64,000 nucleotides of DNA. It comes from an uncultured Alistipes sp. (GTDB taxonomy: Bacteria > Bacillota > Clostridia > Oscillospirales > Ruminococcaceae). The notes beneath the pieces were generated by a model. The model searched no databases. It had not been told where the DNA came from and saw only the letters and a program-made list of their open reading frames with translations. Location of the stretch: the NCBI GenBank assembly GCA_964460175.1, contig CAYWPN010000002.1, positions 127,145 through 191,144 on the forward strand. Reading direction: 5' to 3'. This document shows, piece by piece, positions 8,315 through 17,760 of the stretch. Within the stretch, counting starts at the first letter, position 1, and each line of letters opens with the position of its first letter. The position numbers and the translations under genes are program-made.

Positions 8315-10294
8315 ATGGCAAAAAAGAAAGATTATGGCAACGACAGTATTACAATGCTGAAAGGTGCGGACAAGGTAAGAAAGCGTCCTGCTGTCATATT
8401 CGGCTCGGACGGTCTTGACGGCTGTGAACACTCTGTCTTTGAAATTATCTCAAACTCCATTGACGAGGCAAGAGCTGGTTACGGCAACAAAATCATCATC
8501 ACGCACTACAGAAATCACAGTATAGAAGTAGAGGACTTCGGTCGTGGCTGTCCTGTTGACTTCAATAACACCGAACAGCGTTACAACTGGGAACTCGTCT
8601 ACTGCGAACTCTATGCAGGCGGAAAATACGATGCCGACGGTGACAGTTACGAATTTTCACTCGGTCTGAACGGTCTCGGTCTGTGCGCTACTCAGTTCGC
8701 CTCGGAGTTCATGGACGTTGAAGTTATCCGTGACGGATACAAGTACAATCTGCACTTTGAAAAGGGTGAGAACGTCGGCGGTCTCAGCAAAGAACCCTGC
8801 AAAAAAAAGCAGACCGGCACAAAAACTCTCTGGCGGCCCGATTTGGACGTTTTCACTGATATAAACATATCGGACGACTTTTTCTTTGATATTCTGAAAC
8901 GGCAGGCAGTCGTTAACCCGAACATACTTTTCCTTTACCGTTCGGAAAACGAAACAGGCGGTTTTGATGAGACTGAATTTATCTACGAAAATGGCATAAC
9001 CGATTATGTTGCCGAAATATCGGGAGAAAATGCACTCACTACTATCCAGCACTGGACTGCTGAAAAATACGGCAGAGACCGTGAGGACAAGCCCGAATAT
9101 AAAGTAAAACTTGATATTGCCGTTACTTTTTCAAATAAGGTCAAGCTGACGGAATACTACCATAATTCAAGTTTCCTTGAGCATGGCGGTTCTCCTGAAG
9201 ACGCTGTTAAACGTGCTTTCACCGCACAGATTGATACTTATATAAAGTCCGTCAACGGCTATCAGAAGAATGAAAGCAAGATTAAATATGAGGACGTTGA
9301 GGAATGCCTTGTGCTTGTATCGTCCTCGTTCTCCACACAGACTTCCTACGAAAACCAGACGAAAAAGGCGATTACAAACAAGTTTATCCGTGAGGCCATG
9401 ACTGATTTTCTGAAACATCAGCTTGAAATATATTTCATTGAAAATCCCGACGAGGCAAAGCGGATTTCAGAACAGGTACTCCTGAACAAGCGAAGTCGTG
9501 AGAATGCTGAAAAAACACGTCTCAACATGAAGAAAAAGCTGTCCGGTACTATCGATTTGGCGAATATGGTTGAAAAATTCGTTGACTGCCGTACAAAAGA
9601 CGTTTCCCGACGTGAAATCTATATCGTTGAGGGCGACAGTGCGTTAGGCTCGGTAAAACTCGCCCGTGACCCCGAATTTCAGGCTGTTATCCCCGTCCGT
9701 GGCAAGATACTCAACTGCCTGAAAGCTGAGTACACCAAAATTTTCAAGAGCGAAATTATAACTGATTTAATCAAGGTACTGGGCTGTGGAGTTGAAGTCA
9801 CGGCAAAGGCAAACAAGGAACTTTCCACATTCGATATAAACAACTTCCGCTGGAATAAAATCGTAATCTGTACCGATGCGGACGTTGACGGTTTTCAGAT
9901 ACGCACGCTTATTCTCACCATGCTTTACAGACTTACTCCGACGCTGATTGAACAGGGCTATGTGTTCATTGCAGAATCGCCATTGTTTGAAATCAACACC
10001 AAAGACAAGACCTATTTTGCGTACACTGAACAGGAAAAGCAGAATATTCTCAGGAAAATAGGCAGTAAAAAGTATACGCTCCAGCGTTCAAAAGGTCTGG
10101 GCGAAAACGAACCCGATATGATGAACCTCACTACCATGAACCCTGATACACGCCGTCTCATAAGGGTTACAGCGGAAGACGTAAGGCAGTCCGCCGAAAT
10201 ATTTGAAATGCTTCTCGGCGACGATTTACAGGGACGTAAGGACTACATTGCACAGCATGGTGCGGAATACCTCGAACTTGCCGACATAAGTTAA
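8315..10294 (+). CDS. Type IIA DNA topoisomerase subunit B (ParE/GyrB family; topo IV-like)
   Basis: Start at MAKKKDYGNDSITMLKGADKVRKRPAVIFGS. GHKL ATPase N-terminus. Toprim EGDSA (YIVEGDSALGS), PVRGKILN, DADVDGFQIRTL. Confidence 0.92.
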   Translation: MAKKKDYGNDSITMLKGADKVRKRPAVIFGSDGLDGCEHSVFEIISNSIDEARAGYGNKIIITHYRNHSIEVEDFGRGCPVDFNNTEQRYNWELVYCELYAGGKYDADGDSYEFSLGLNGLGLCATQFASEFMDVEVIRDGYKYNLHFEKGENVGGLSKEPCKKKQTGTKTLWRPDLDVFTDINISDDFFFDILKRQAVVNPNILFLYRSENETGGFDETEFIYENGITDYVAEISGENALTTIQHWTAEKYGRDREDKPEYKVKLDIAVTFSNKVKLTEYYHNSSFLEHGGSPEDAVKRAFTAQIDTYIKSVNGYQKNESKIKYEDVEECLVLVSSSFSTQTSYENQTKKAITNKFIREAMTDFLKHQLEIYFIENPDEAKRISEQVLLNKRSRENAEKTRLNMKKKLSGTIDLANMVEKFVDCRTKDVSRREIYIVEGDSALGSVKLARDPEFQAVIPVRGKILNCLKAEYTKIFKSEIITDLIKVLGCGVEVTAKANKELSTFDINNFRWNKIVICTDADVDGFQIRTLILTMLYRLTPTLIEQGYVFIAESPLFEINTKDKTYFAYTEQEKQNILRKIGSKKYTLQRSKGLGENEPDMMNLTTMNPDTRRLIRVTAEDVRQSAEIFEMLLGDDLQGRKDYIAQHGAEYLELADIS

Positions 10295-10303
10295 GGTGGA
10301 ATA

Positions 10304-11398
10304 ATGGAAATTGTTATTTTATTTATTATCTATTCGTTTGTTATAACAGGACTGAATATCGCAAACTTTTTCAGAAAAAATAAACTGCATGAGTTTTTCT
10401 TTGATTTTTTGGGTACTTATCCCGGATATTTCATGGCATTATTTACTTTTGAAGTATTAACAGGTTTGTCGGGTATGACGAACGTTGACTATGATAAAGC
10501 TGTATGTTATGGCTCACTTCACACGCCTCTGCACAGCGAATACGCATGGATTATATGGACTGCAATCGTTCTCGGCTACATCGGTCTTACTGTTCTCGGA
10601 CTGTTCAAGCCCCAAAAATTACCGCCGTTAGTATCTGCAATGTCAATCGCCTGTACTGTTATCGGACTTGTTGCAGGAATTTTCCTGTACATTCAGCTTG
10701 CAAATAATTGTAATCTCCTGCAACTGTTCTGCTGGCTGTACCTCGCAAATATAGTCATGCTTGCGGTACGGCGTATAAGATACCACATCACAGAACACGT
10801 CCGCATTGCTCAGGAGCGTGAAACAGTTTATCGCAGTAAATTCGGTGCATGGCTCGGAAAAGTCATGTCAAAAATTTCAACTATGACCATATTCAGCTTT
10901 GCACTTATATTCCCTGTTGCCGCTGTACTCGAAATTCTGTCGCTGATATTCGGGCAGGGTGCGGACGGCTTTATCAAGGCTTTCACAATGACTGCTGACT
11001 GGACTTTCTCTACACAGATACCGCCTCCGCCTATTGAATATAACGGTCACTATCTCTGCACTGTCGCCGCAGGAGGTCACAAAAAAGTCGTAAAGCCGTT
11101 GCGGTACGGAAAACGTATCGGGCATTACATCGTAGTCAACAGACAGCTTCTCGTTGCGAATGCCTTTGAAGACCTGATTGCAGAGAAAATACCTAAATTC
11201 CATAAAGCCGTGCGTGGATTTTACAACAGGTACGGCTATCCGGTTTCACGTCATATCACAACGTCTTTCCGTGCGGATATTGTGTATATCGTTATGAAAC
11301 CGCTTGAATATACATTCGTTTTTGTACTCTATCTGTGCGACAGTCAGCCTGAAAACCGCATTGCCGTACAGTATTCCGACTATAAAAGGAGAGATTGA
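10304..11398 (+). CDS. Hypothetical membrane protein: about 6 TM helices plus a conserved-looking C-terminal soluble domain, embedded between the topoisomerase subunit genes
   Basis: Starts 9 nt after the subunit B stop. Its TGA overlaps the subunit A start region (TGAAATG). C-terminal HYLCTVAAGGHKKVVKP...VNRQLLVANAFEDLI segment. No family assigned with confidence. Confidence 0.75.
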   Translation: MEIVILFIIYSFVITGLNIANFFRKNKLHEFFFDFLGTYPGYFMALFTFEVLTGLSGMTNVDYDKAVCYGSLHTPLHSEYAWIIWTAIVLGYIGLTVLGLFKPQKLPPLVSAMSIACTVIGLVAGIFLYIQLANNCNLLQLFCWLYLANIVMLAVRRIRYHITEHVRIAQERETVYRSKFGAWLGKVMSKISTMTIFSFALIFPVAAVLEILSLIFGQGADGFIKAFTMTADWTFSTQIPPPPIEYNGHYLCTVAAGGHKKVVKPLRYGKRIGHYIVVNRQLLVANAFEDLIAEKIPKFHKAVRGFYNRYGYPVSRHITTSFRADIVYIVMKPLEYTFVFVLYLCDSQPENRIAVQYSDYKRRD

Positions 11399-11399
11399 A

Positions 11400-13637
11400 A
11401 TGCCAAGAAAGAAAACTACAGCACCGAAGAAATCCGCATACAAGCATGACGCTTATATTGAGGGTTCGGGCAGTGTCGTTGACGAAAGAATAGGCGATAC
11501 GCTTAAAAAGAACTATATGCCGTATGCAATGAGTGTAATAATATCCCGTGCATTACCTGAAATTGACGGTTTCAAGCCGTCGCACAGAAAAATCCTGTAC
11601 ATGATGTATAAGCGTGGACTTCTCAGTCCCGACAAGGAGCGTTCAAAGTCGGCGAACGTTGTCGGCGAAACAATGAAACTCAATCCGCACGGCGACCAGT
11701 CCATATATGAGACTATGGTTCGCCTTACAAGAGGAAACGAATCGCTCCTGCACCCTTATGTTGACTCAAAGGGTAATTTCGGCAAGCAGTATTCAAGCAG
11801 TATGAAAGCGGCAGCCTCACGTTATACTGAGGTAAAACTTGAAAAAATCTGCAATGAACTTTTCCGTGACATCGACAGGGATACGGTTGATTTCGTCCCG
11901 AACTATGACAATACCATGCAGGAGCCTACTCTTCTCCCTGCAACGTTCCCGACTGTTCTTGTGAACTCAAATACGGGTATTGCCGTATCAATGGCAAGCA
12001 ATGTCTGTCCTTTCAATCTTGCGGAAATCTGTGAGACAACTATTGCACTTATGAAAAATCCGCAACACGATATTATCAGCACTCTCAAAGGTCCTGACTT
12101 CCCCGGCGGAGCTTTTCTGCTTTACGACGAAGACGAACTCAACAAGGTTTATGAAACGGGCAGAGGAAGTATAAAACTGCGCTGTAAATACAGCTATGAC
12201 AAGTCATCAAACTGCATTGAGGTCACGGAAATTCCGTATACAACGACTGTTGAGGCGATTATAAATAAAGTGGTTGATTTGGTGAAAGCCGGCAAACTCC
12301 GTGAAATATCGTATATCCGTGACGAAACGGGTATTGACGGACTGAAAATCGCCATAGACCTTAAACGTGGCACTGACCCCGACAAGCTTATGCAGAAACT
12401 CTACAGGCTTACCCCCCTTCAGGACAGCTATCCGTGCAACTTCAATATCCTGATTGACGGTACACCGAAAGTTATGGGAGTTCGTGAAATCCTCGCAGAA
12501 TGGACTGCTTTCCGTGAAAAGTGCATTCAGAGACGTACTGCTTTCGATTTGCAGAAAAAAAAGGAAAAACTTCATTTACTTGAAGCCCTTGCAAAAATTC
12601 TTGTCGATTTGGATAAGGCTATCAGGATTATCCGTGAGACTGAAAATGAAGACGACGTTGTGCCTAATCTCATGATTGGTTTTGGTATAGACGAAATTCA
12701 GGCGGAATACGTTGCGGAAATCAAACTCCGCAATATCAACAGGCAGTACATCACAAAGCGTTTGCAGGACGTTGACCAGCTCCGTGCGGATATTGCTGAA
12801 ATGGAAGAAATTCTTCAGGACAATAAAAAAATCCGCCGTATTATCATCAAGGAACTCAAAGACGTTGCAAAAACTTACGGTCAGCCAAGGAAAACCATGT
12901 TCTATTATCAGTCCGACGTCGCAGAAGAGGAAATCGTCGACGATACGCCCGATTATCCTGTTCATATTTTCGTTTCGGACAGCGGTTACTTCAAGAAAAT
13001 CACTCCGCAGTCACTGAGAATGAGCAGTGAACAGAAACTCAAGGAAGGCGACTTTATCAGGCAGGTTTTTGATGCAACAAACAAAACGGAACTTGTGTTC
13101 TTTTCTGATAAGGCGCAGGTTTATAAGTCAAAGGCGAGTGCTTTCGATGACGCAAAGGCAAGTGTTATGGGCGATTATATTCCCGCAAAATTAGGCTTTG
13201 ACGAGGGTGAAAATCTGAAAACTCTTGTTCCGACAACGGATTACAGCGGATATATGATGTTCTTTTTTGAGAACGGCAAGGCGGCTAAAGTACCCATGAA
13301 TGCTTATGAGACAAAGACAAACCGCCGTAAGCTTACAAAAGCCTATTCCGACAAATCACCGCTTGTATCAGCAATTTTCATTCAGGAAGACTGCAATATT
13401 TTACTGAGAACGTCCAGCGGTCAGGCACTCCTGTTCAATACGGCAGAGATTTTAACAAAATCCACCAGAGATACTCAGGGCGTACAGATTGTTACACTCA
13501 GGAAAAATTCAGTGCTTTCGTCTGCGGAAACAGTTACAGCAGAAAATGCACAGCTTGAAAAATACCGTGCAAAGTCGCTTCCATGTTCCGCAAAGACTGC
13601 AAAGGATTTAGGCGACGCAAATCAATTAAGTTTCTGA
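11400..13637 (+). CDS. Type IIA DNA topoisomerase subunit A (ParC/GyrA family; topo IV-like)
   Basis: Start at MPRKKTTAPKK (ATG 11400). SRALPEIDGFKPSHRKILY, and catalytic Tyr in AASRYTEVKL. I did not see a GyrA-box (QRRGGKG) in the C-terminal domain, which argues for topo IV-like rather than gyrase. Confidence 0.92.
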   Translation: MPRKKTTAPKKSAYKHDAYIEGSGSVVDERIGDTLKKNYMPYAMSVIISRALPEIDGFKPSHRKILYMMYKRGLLSPDKERSKSANVVGETMKLNPHGDQSIYETMVRLTRGNESLLHPYVDSKGNFGKQYSSSMKAAASRYTEVKLEKICNELFRDIDRDTVDFVPNYDNTMQEPTLLPATFPTVLVNSNTGIAVSMASNVCPFNLAEICETTIALMKNPQHDIISTLKGPDFPGGAFLLYDEDELNKVYETGRGSIKLRCKYSYDKSSNCIEVTEIPYTTTVEAIINKVVDLVKAGKLREISYIRDETGIDGLKIAIDLKRGTDPDKLMQKLYRLTPLQDSYPCNFNILIDGTPKVMGVREILAEWTAFREKCIQRRTAFDLQKKKEKLHLLEALAKILVDLDKAIRIIRETENEDDVVPNLMIGFGIDEIQAEYVAEIKLRNINRQYITKRLQDVDQLRADIAEMEEILQDNKKIRRIIIKELKDVAKTYGQPRKTMFYYQSDVAEEEIVDDTPDYPVHIFVSDSGYFKKITPQSLRMSSEQKLKEGDFIRQVFDATNKTELVFFSDKAQVYKSKASAFDDAKASVMGDYIPAKLGFDEGENLKTLVPTTDYSGYMMFFFENGKAAKVPMNAYETKTNRRKLTKAYSDKSPLVSAIFIQEDCNILLRTSSGQALLFNTAEILTKSTRDTQGVQIVTLRKNSVLSSAETVTAENAQLEKYRAKSLPCSAKTAKDLGDANQLSF

Positions 13638-13645
13638 TAAAAAAA

Positions 13646-13675
13646 CTCTCATGTACCTTATACGGTACATGAGAG
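13646..13675. terminator. Shared hairpin terminator between convergent parC-like and plsC genes
   Basis: Perfect 12-bp stem CTCTCATGTACC/GGTACATGAGAG with a 6-nt loop. A7 run on the left (T-run for the minus strand) and TTCTTCT on the right. The plsC stop codon sits in the loop. Confidence 0.7.
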
Positions 13676-14458
13676 TTCTTCTGACATAAGACTATATGCC
13701 ATATTGCTGATTTCAGTTGTGTTATGCGTTTCAACAAACGATTTGTCCATTACTTCAATGAAATCAAGATATACGTCCGTTTTTCTGAACGGAAAATTCT
13801 TGGTGACAAGGTCTGTATTTCTTATGACTGCAACAACAATCGGACAGTCAGCCTTTTTTGCGATTTTAAAAGCCCCGTGCATGAAAGGAAGCAGTTTTTC
13901 GTCACGGTTTCTTGTGCCTTCGGGATAAATTCCCATAGAGGCTTCCTGCGATACTATGATTTCAGACGCTTTCCTGATAGTCTGCGCCTGTTTGCGCAAA
14001 TCATTCCTGTCAAGCGGAAGGCAAAAGCACCTGTGCATAAGCCTGCGGATAACCGGTACTTTCATTATGAATTTCTTTGCAACAAACGCAAGATTATACT
14101 TTTTCAGCACATTCATAGTAATAATCGGGTCAAATGACGACCTGTGATTTCCGACAAGCAGAAATTTTTCTTCCGGCAGTTTTTCCGTTCCGCTTACATG
14201 GACTTTTATCCTGAAAAACTGCCTCAGCGACGACAGGATAAAATCAGAATAACCTCTGAAAAATCTGCTGTTCTTCACATATTCTTTTTTAAGGCTTATC
14301 GGACGGGTGACAATAAAAATTACTGCCAGCCACAACAGCGTAAACGACAAATACATTCCCGAAAAAACAAGCGGTATAACATAAATTCTGGAAATAATTC
14401 TGCGCATAAAGAGTAATATTGTCACTATCAGAGATGCAATGGTTATAACAATAAACAT
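13658..14458 (-). CDS. plsC: 1-acyl-sn-glycerol-3-phosphate acyltransferase
   Basis: NHRSSFDP (HX4D) and YPEGTRNRD motifs. N-terminal TM segments. Start placed at MFIVITIA (AAGGAAG RBS). Confidence 0.85.
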   Translation of the reverse strand: MFIVITIASLIVTILLFMRRIISRIYVIPLVFSGMYLSFTLLWLAVIFIVTRPISLKKEYVKNSRFFRGYSDFILSSLRQFFRIKVHVSGTEKLPEEKFLLVGNHRSSFDPIITMNVLKKYNLAFVAKKFIMKVPVIRRLMHRCFCLPLDRNDLRKQAQTIRKASEIIVSQEASMGIYPEGTRNRDEKLLPFMHGAFKIAKKADCPIVVAVIRNTDLVTKNFPFRKTDVYLDFIEVMDKSFVETHNTTEISNMAYSLMSEELSCTV

Positions 14459-14629
14459 TTTACACACTTCCTTAAATATTTTATAACAGACTGCCGTTAT
14501 TTTTTAATATATTTTTCTGTAAAATTCACCTCTCTTATGTCAATTATAACATAAAAAAACAACTCTGTCAAGAAATCAGCAGTCATTTTTCTCTGTTATG
14601 TACAAAAATCCTCAGCATTTGTCAGGCAG

Positions 14630-14666
14630 TATTCAGATAAAATTCCCATGACATTTCATCATGGGA
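14630..14666 (-). terminator. Terminator after the transglutaminase lipoprotein gene
   Basis: Minus strand reads TCCCATGA-tgaaatg-TCATGGGA followed by AATTTTATC. Confidence 0.55.
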
Positions 14667-14672
14667 TTTCAG

Positions 14673-15752
14673 CTAATATTTTATTTTCAGTATGCACATA
14701 ACGTCGTCATTTGTATAGGTTACTTCCTCGCTGTCGATAAAATTCCATATATCACCTTCGCCGAACAGACGGCTTACCGCCTCAGAATAGGAACTTTCGT
14801 CGGCAAACATGATTTCCACTTCCCCTGCCTCTGCATATCTGTCAAGCACGGCGGAAATTTCCTCATCGCTGTAATACGCAATATATGTACCATTGCGGAC
14901 AAAGTAATTATTGTCCATGGAATAGCATTTCGGAATGAAGTTCAAATCACTGTCTGCATTTCTTGTCCGGAACATACGTTCATCATCGATAAGACAGTAA
15001 GTATGCGACAAAGTTTCGGGAGCGTCATTTTCGGGAACAGGGTCGTCCCATGTAACGTCAAGCCAGTAATACTTTTCATTAAGATTGACATAATTCCACG
15101 CATGGCGACCCCGTGCGGTGTCTCCCCTGCATACTCCGCATTCAATGCCGAGACGTTTCATAATGTACTGAAAGGCTTCGGAATAACCCTGACATATAGC
15201 TTTCCCCTGTACGAGACAGCCGTAAGCAGTTCCAAACAATCCGTTCTCATCACTTTCTGCGCCTGCCGTATCATAGGTTGTATGATTGACAATATAGTCA
15301 TGTACAAAGACGACTTTTCCATAGTTGTCCAGTCCGGACGGCATACTGCTTATGAGTGCATCGGCGCACGAAACGAGTTCGGCGGACATATGTTCTATAT
15401 CCTCTGCGGAAAGATTTTCAATTATATTGATTTTAATTTCCGACTTCTCGCCCATAGTAGTTATAACACTGCCTTCAATCCAGAAAAATTCAGGGTGTTC
15501 AGACCTTATTTTCTCAATAATTCCGCTGACTGTATCGCTGTCAAGTATTTTTTTATACTCCGAAACCATTGTCATATCTTCAAGCGACTGCACAATGCCG
15601 TTATAAACCTCATTTTCGGTAATTTCCGCCTGATTTACAGTAGTCTGCTCAGCTTCAGGCGGAGTGAAACCCATTTCAATGACAGTATCTTCACAGCCTG
15701 CAAGAAACATTACAGACAGAACAGCAGTTAGTTTTTTCAGTATGCCATACAT
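14673..15752 (-). CDS. Lipoprotein with a transglutaminase-like Cys-His-Asp core
   Basis: Start at MYGILKKLTAVLSVMFLAGC (lipobox LAGC), ATG 1 nt after the ldh stop. Core GKAICQGYSEAF...GRHAWNYV...WLDVTWDD. Confidence 0.8.
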   Translation of the reverse strand: MYGILKKLTAVLSVMFLAGCEDTVIEMGFTPPEAEQTTVNQAEITENEVYNGIVQSLEDMTMVSEYKKILDSDTVSGIIEKIRSEHPEFFWIEGSVITTMGEKSEIKINIIENLSAEDIEHMSAELVSCADALISSMPSGLDNYGKVVFVHDYIVNHTTYDTAGAESDENGLFGTAYGCLVQGKAICQGYSEAFQYIMKRLGIECGVCRGDTARGRHAWNYVNLNEKYYWLDVTWDDPVPENDAPETLSHTYCLIDDERMFRTRNADSDLNFIPKCYSMDNNYFVRNGTYIAYYSDEEISAVLDRYAEAGEVEIMFADESSYSEAVSRLFGEGDIWNFIDSEEVTYTNDDVMCILKIKY

Positions 15753-15753
15753 C

Positions 15754-16707
15754 TCAGATATTAAGTCCGTTGAAATTTTCGTCAAGGATATTCACAGACG
15801 ACTTGAATTTCTCCATTTCGTCGTCAGTAAGCGACAGTTCAAGAATTTCCTTAACGCCGTTTCTGCCGATTATGCACGGTACACCAATGAATACGTTTCT
15901 GCTTTCATATTCACCGCACAGCTTTGCAGATACTGTAACAACACTGTTTTCGTCGCCGAGAATAGCCTTGACAATTCTTGTAATCGCCATGCCGATACCA
16001 TAATAAGTCGCACGTTTAGCCTCGATAATCTTATATGCAGAAGTGCGCACCTGCTCCTCTATATCCTGCATATCGTCAATGCAATAGGCATTTCTGTCAT
16101 CGTCAAAAATTTCTGTCACGTGCTTTGTTGCAAGCATTACCTGAGAAACAGGAACAAATTCGCTGTCGCCGTGTTCGCCGATAACATAAGCATGAATATT
16201 TTTAGGGTCGACAGTGAAATAATCGCCGAGAAGATAGCGGAGACGTGCGGTATCAAGGGAAGTTCCTGTTCCGATAACTCTTGACGCACCGAAACGTGAA
16301 AGTTCATAAGTTACCCTTGTCATTATGTCAACAGGATTTGTTGCAACAAGGAAAATTCCGTCAAAGCCGGATTTCACGACAGGAGTTATTATTGAACGGA
16401 AAACCTCTGCATTTCTCTGAAGCAAATCAAGACGTGTCTCGCCCTCTTTCTGTGCAACACCAGCCGCAATAACGATAATATCAGCGTCTTTGCAGTCTTT
16501 ATAGTCGCCTGCATAAATTTTCATGTTGGACTTGGCAAAAGCAAGACCATGATTCAAATCCATAGCCTCACCCAGCGCACGCTCCTTGTTTACGTCAATC
16601 AGCACAAGTTCGTTGCAGATACTGCCCTGATTTACAACGGCATATGCAAAACTCATTCCGACCATACCTGTTCCGATGAGAACAACTTTTCTTTTATCAG
16701 TATTCAT
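15754..16707 (-). CDS. ldh: L-lactate dehydrogenase
   Basis: VVLIGTGMVGMSFAY Rossmann N-terminus, GEHGDSEFV, GTGTSLDTARLR. Confidence 0.93.
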   Translation of the reverse strand: MNTDKRKVVLIGTGMVGMSFAYAVVNQGSICNELVLIDVNKERALGEAMDLNHGLAFAKSNMKIYAGDYKDCKDADIIVIAAGVAQKEGETRLDLLQRNAEVFRSIITPVVKSGFDGIFLVATNPVDIMTRVTYELSRFGASRVIGTGTSLDTARLRYLLGDYFTVDPKNIHAYVIGEHGDSEFVPVSQVMLATKHVTEIFDDDRNAYCIDDMQDIEEQVRTSAYKIIEAKRATYYGIGMAITRIVKAILGDENSVVTVSAKLCGEYESRNVFIGVPCIIGRNGVKEILELSLTDDEMEKFKSSVNILDENFNGLNI

Positions 16708-16734
16708 ATTTAACCAATCCTTTCAGATTCAAAA

Positions 16735-17268
16735 TTATTCAGTTTCGATTTCCGCAATATACGGCAGATTTCTGTAGTATTCGTCATAGTCGAGACCGTA
16801 TCCCACCACGAACTTATCAGGAATAGTGAACAAGGTGTAATCCGCTTCAATATCGGCGGTACGCCTTTCGGGCTTGTCGAGAAGTGCTATAATTTCAAGC
16901 GACAGCGGATTTCTTGATTTCAGAATATCGGCGACTGCTTTCAGCGTGTTGCCCGTATCAATAATATCTTCTGCGATTATAACATGATACTTTGAAATAT
17001 CCTGCTGTAAATCGAGCGTTATGCGGACTTCTCCCGTCGTTTCAGTACCGCCGTAGTAACTCTGCGCCGCCATAAAGCCGAATTCGCACGGAATTGTTAC
17101 AGTCTTTGCCAAATCCGCAAGAAAAACAAACGAGCCTTTCAGTATGCCGACAATCAGAAGCGGTTTACCCGAATACTTCCCGTCAATATATTTTCCCGCT
17201 TTTGCTATTTCCTCCGCTATGCTTTCCTGTGTTATCAGCACTTTTTTTATGCTGTACTTCTTATCCAT
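16735..17268 (-). CDS. hpt: Hypoxanthine phosphoribosyltransferase
   Basis: PRPP-binding motif VIIAEDIIDTGNTL, and C-terminal FVVGYGLDYDEYYRNLPYI. Confidence 0.93.
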   Translation of the reverse strand: MDKKYSIKKVLITQESIAEEIAKAGKYIDGKYSGKPLLIVGILKGSFVFLADLAKTVTIPCEFGFMAAQSYYGGTETTGEVRITLDLQQDISKYHVIIAEDIIDTGNTLKAVADILKSRNPLSLEIIALLDKPERRTADIEADYTLFTIPDKFVVGYGLDYDEYYRNLPYIAEIETE

Positions 17269-17339
17269 TGTATCACCTCTATTATCCGCAGAAACAGGCG
17301 TTTCATACGTCCGTAAATGAAATCACTCCTTTTGTCATA

Positions 17340-17369
17340 ATTATATCATAATTCAATGCTGTTTGTCAA
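17340..17369 (-). promoter_or_regulatory. Candidate sigma-A promoter for hpt-ldh
   Basis: Minus strand reads TTGACA - 18 nt - TGaTATAAT. Confidence 0.6.
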
Positions 17370-17519
17370 GTATCTTATGCCTTTGCATAAGGTTAAAATA
17401 AATATCAATTTAGTAAAATGTAAATAAAATGTTTATAATATATATATATTTGTTCACAACTTTTTGATATAATTAATATAAAGAAAATTTAAATATTATT
17501 GAAAGGAGGAAGTTCTGCT

Positions 17520-17684
17520 ATGTATCACAATTATCGTTATCAGGTAAGATGTATTGTTCCTGGTACTAATCAAAGAGTAACATATAATGGAATGTATACA
17601 AATATGCGTTCAGAAGCTGAGGCAATAGCTGCTTTAAAAAGAAATTATCCTAATCTTATTGATTATGACATTTGGGAAGTATAA
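17520..17684 (+). CDS. Orphan small protein (54 aa)
   Basis: MYHNYRYQVRCIVPGTNQRVTYNGMYTNMRSEAEAIAALKRNYPNLIDYDIWEV. Strong AAAGGAGGA RBS at 17502-17510 and its own terminator. Sits in a very AT-rich intergenic stretch. No family recognised. Confidence 0.6.
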   Translation: MYHNYRYQVRCIVPGTNQRVTYNGMYTNMRSEAEAIAALKRNYPNLIDYDIWEV

Positions 17685-17692
17685 GTCAAAAG

Positions 17693-17722
17693 TCAGGCTG
17701 TATTATTCAGCCTGATTTTTTT
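17693..17722 (+). terminator. Rho-independent terminator of the small ORF
   Basis: TCAGGCTG-tattat(t)-CAGCCTGA followed by TTTTTTTG. Confidence 0.85.
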
Positions 17723-17760
17723 GACTGAAAATCAATGCAAAAAAACTGAAATTTACGGTG

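Noticed and set aside
8315-13637. Calling the type IIA topoisomerase genes gyrB/gyrA
   Set aside because: I saw no GyrA-box (QRRGGKG) in the A-subunit C-terminal domain, and the N-terminus (ALPEIDGFKPSHRKILY) is of the divergent ParC-like type. I therefore describe them as topo IV-like and leave the gene symbols empty.
14661-15731. 356-aa ORF on the plus strand
   Set aside because: It is antisense to the transglutaminase lipoprotein gene, which has clear catalytic motifs, a lipobox and operon context. The plus-strand product has no recognisable features.
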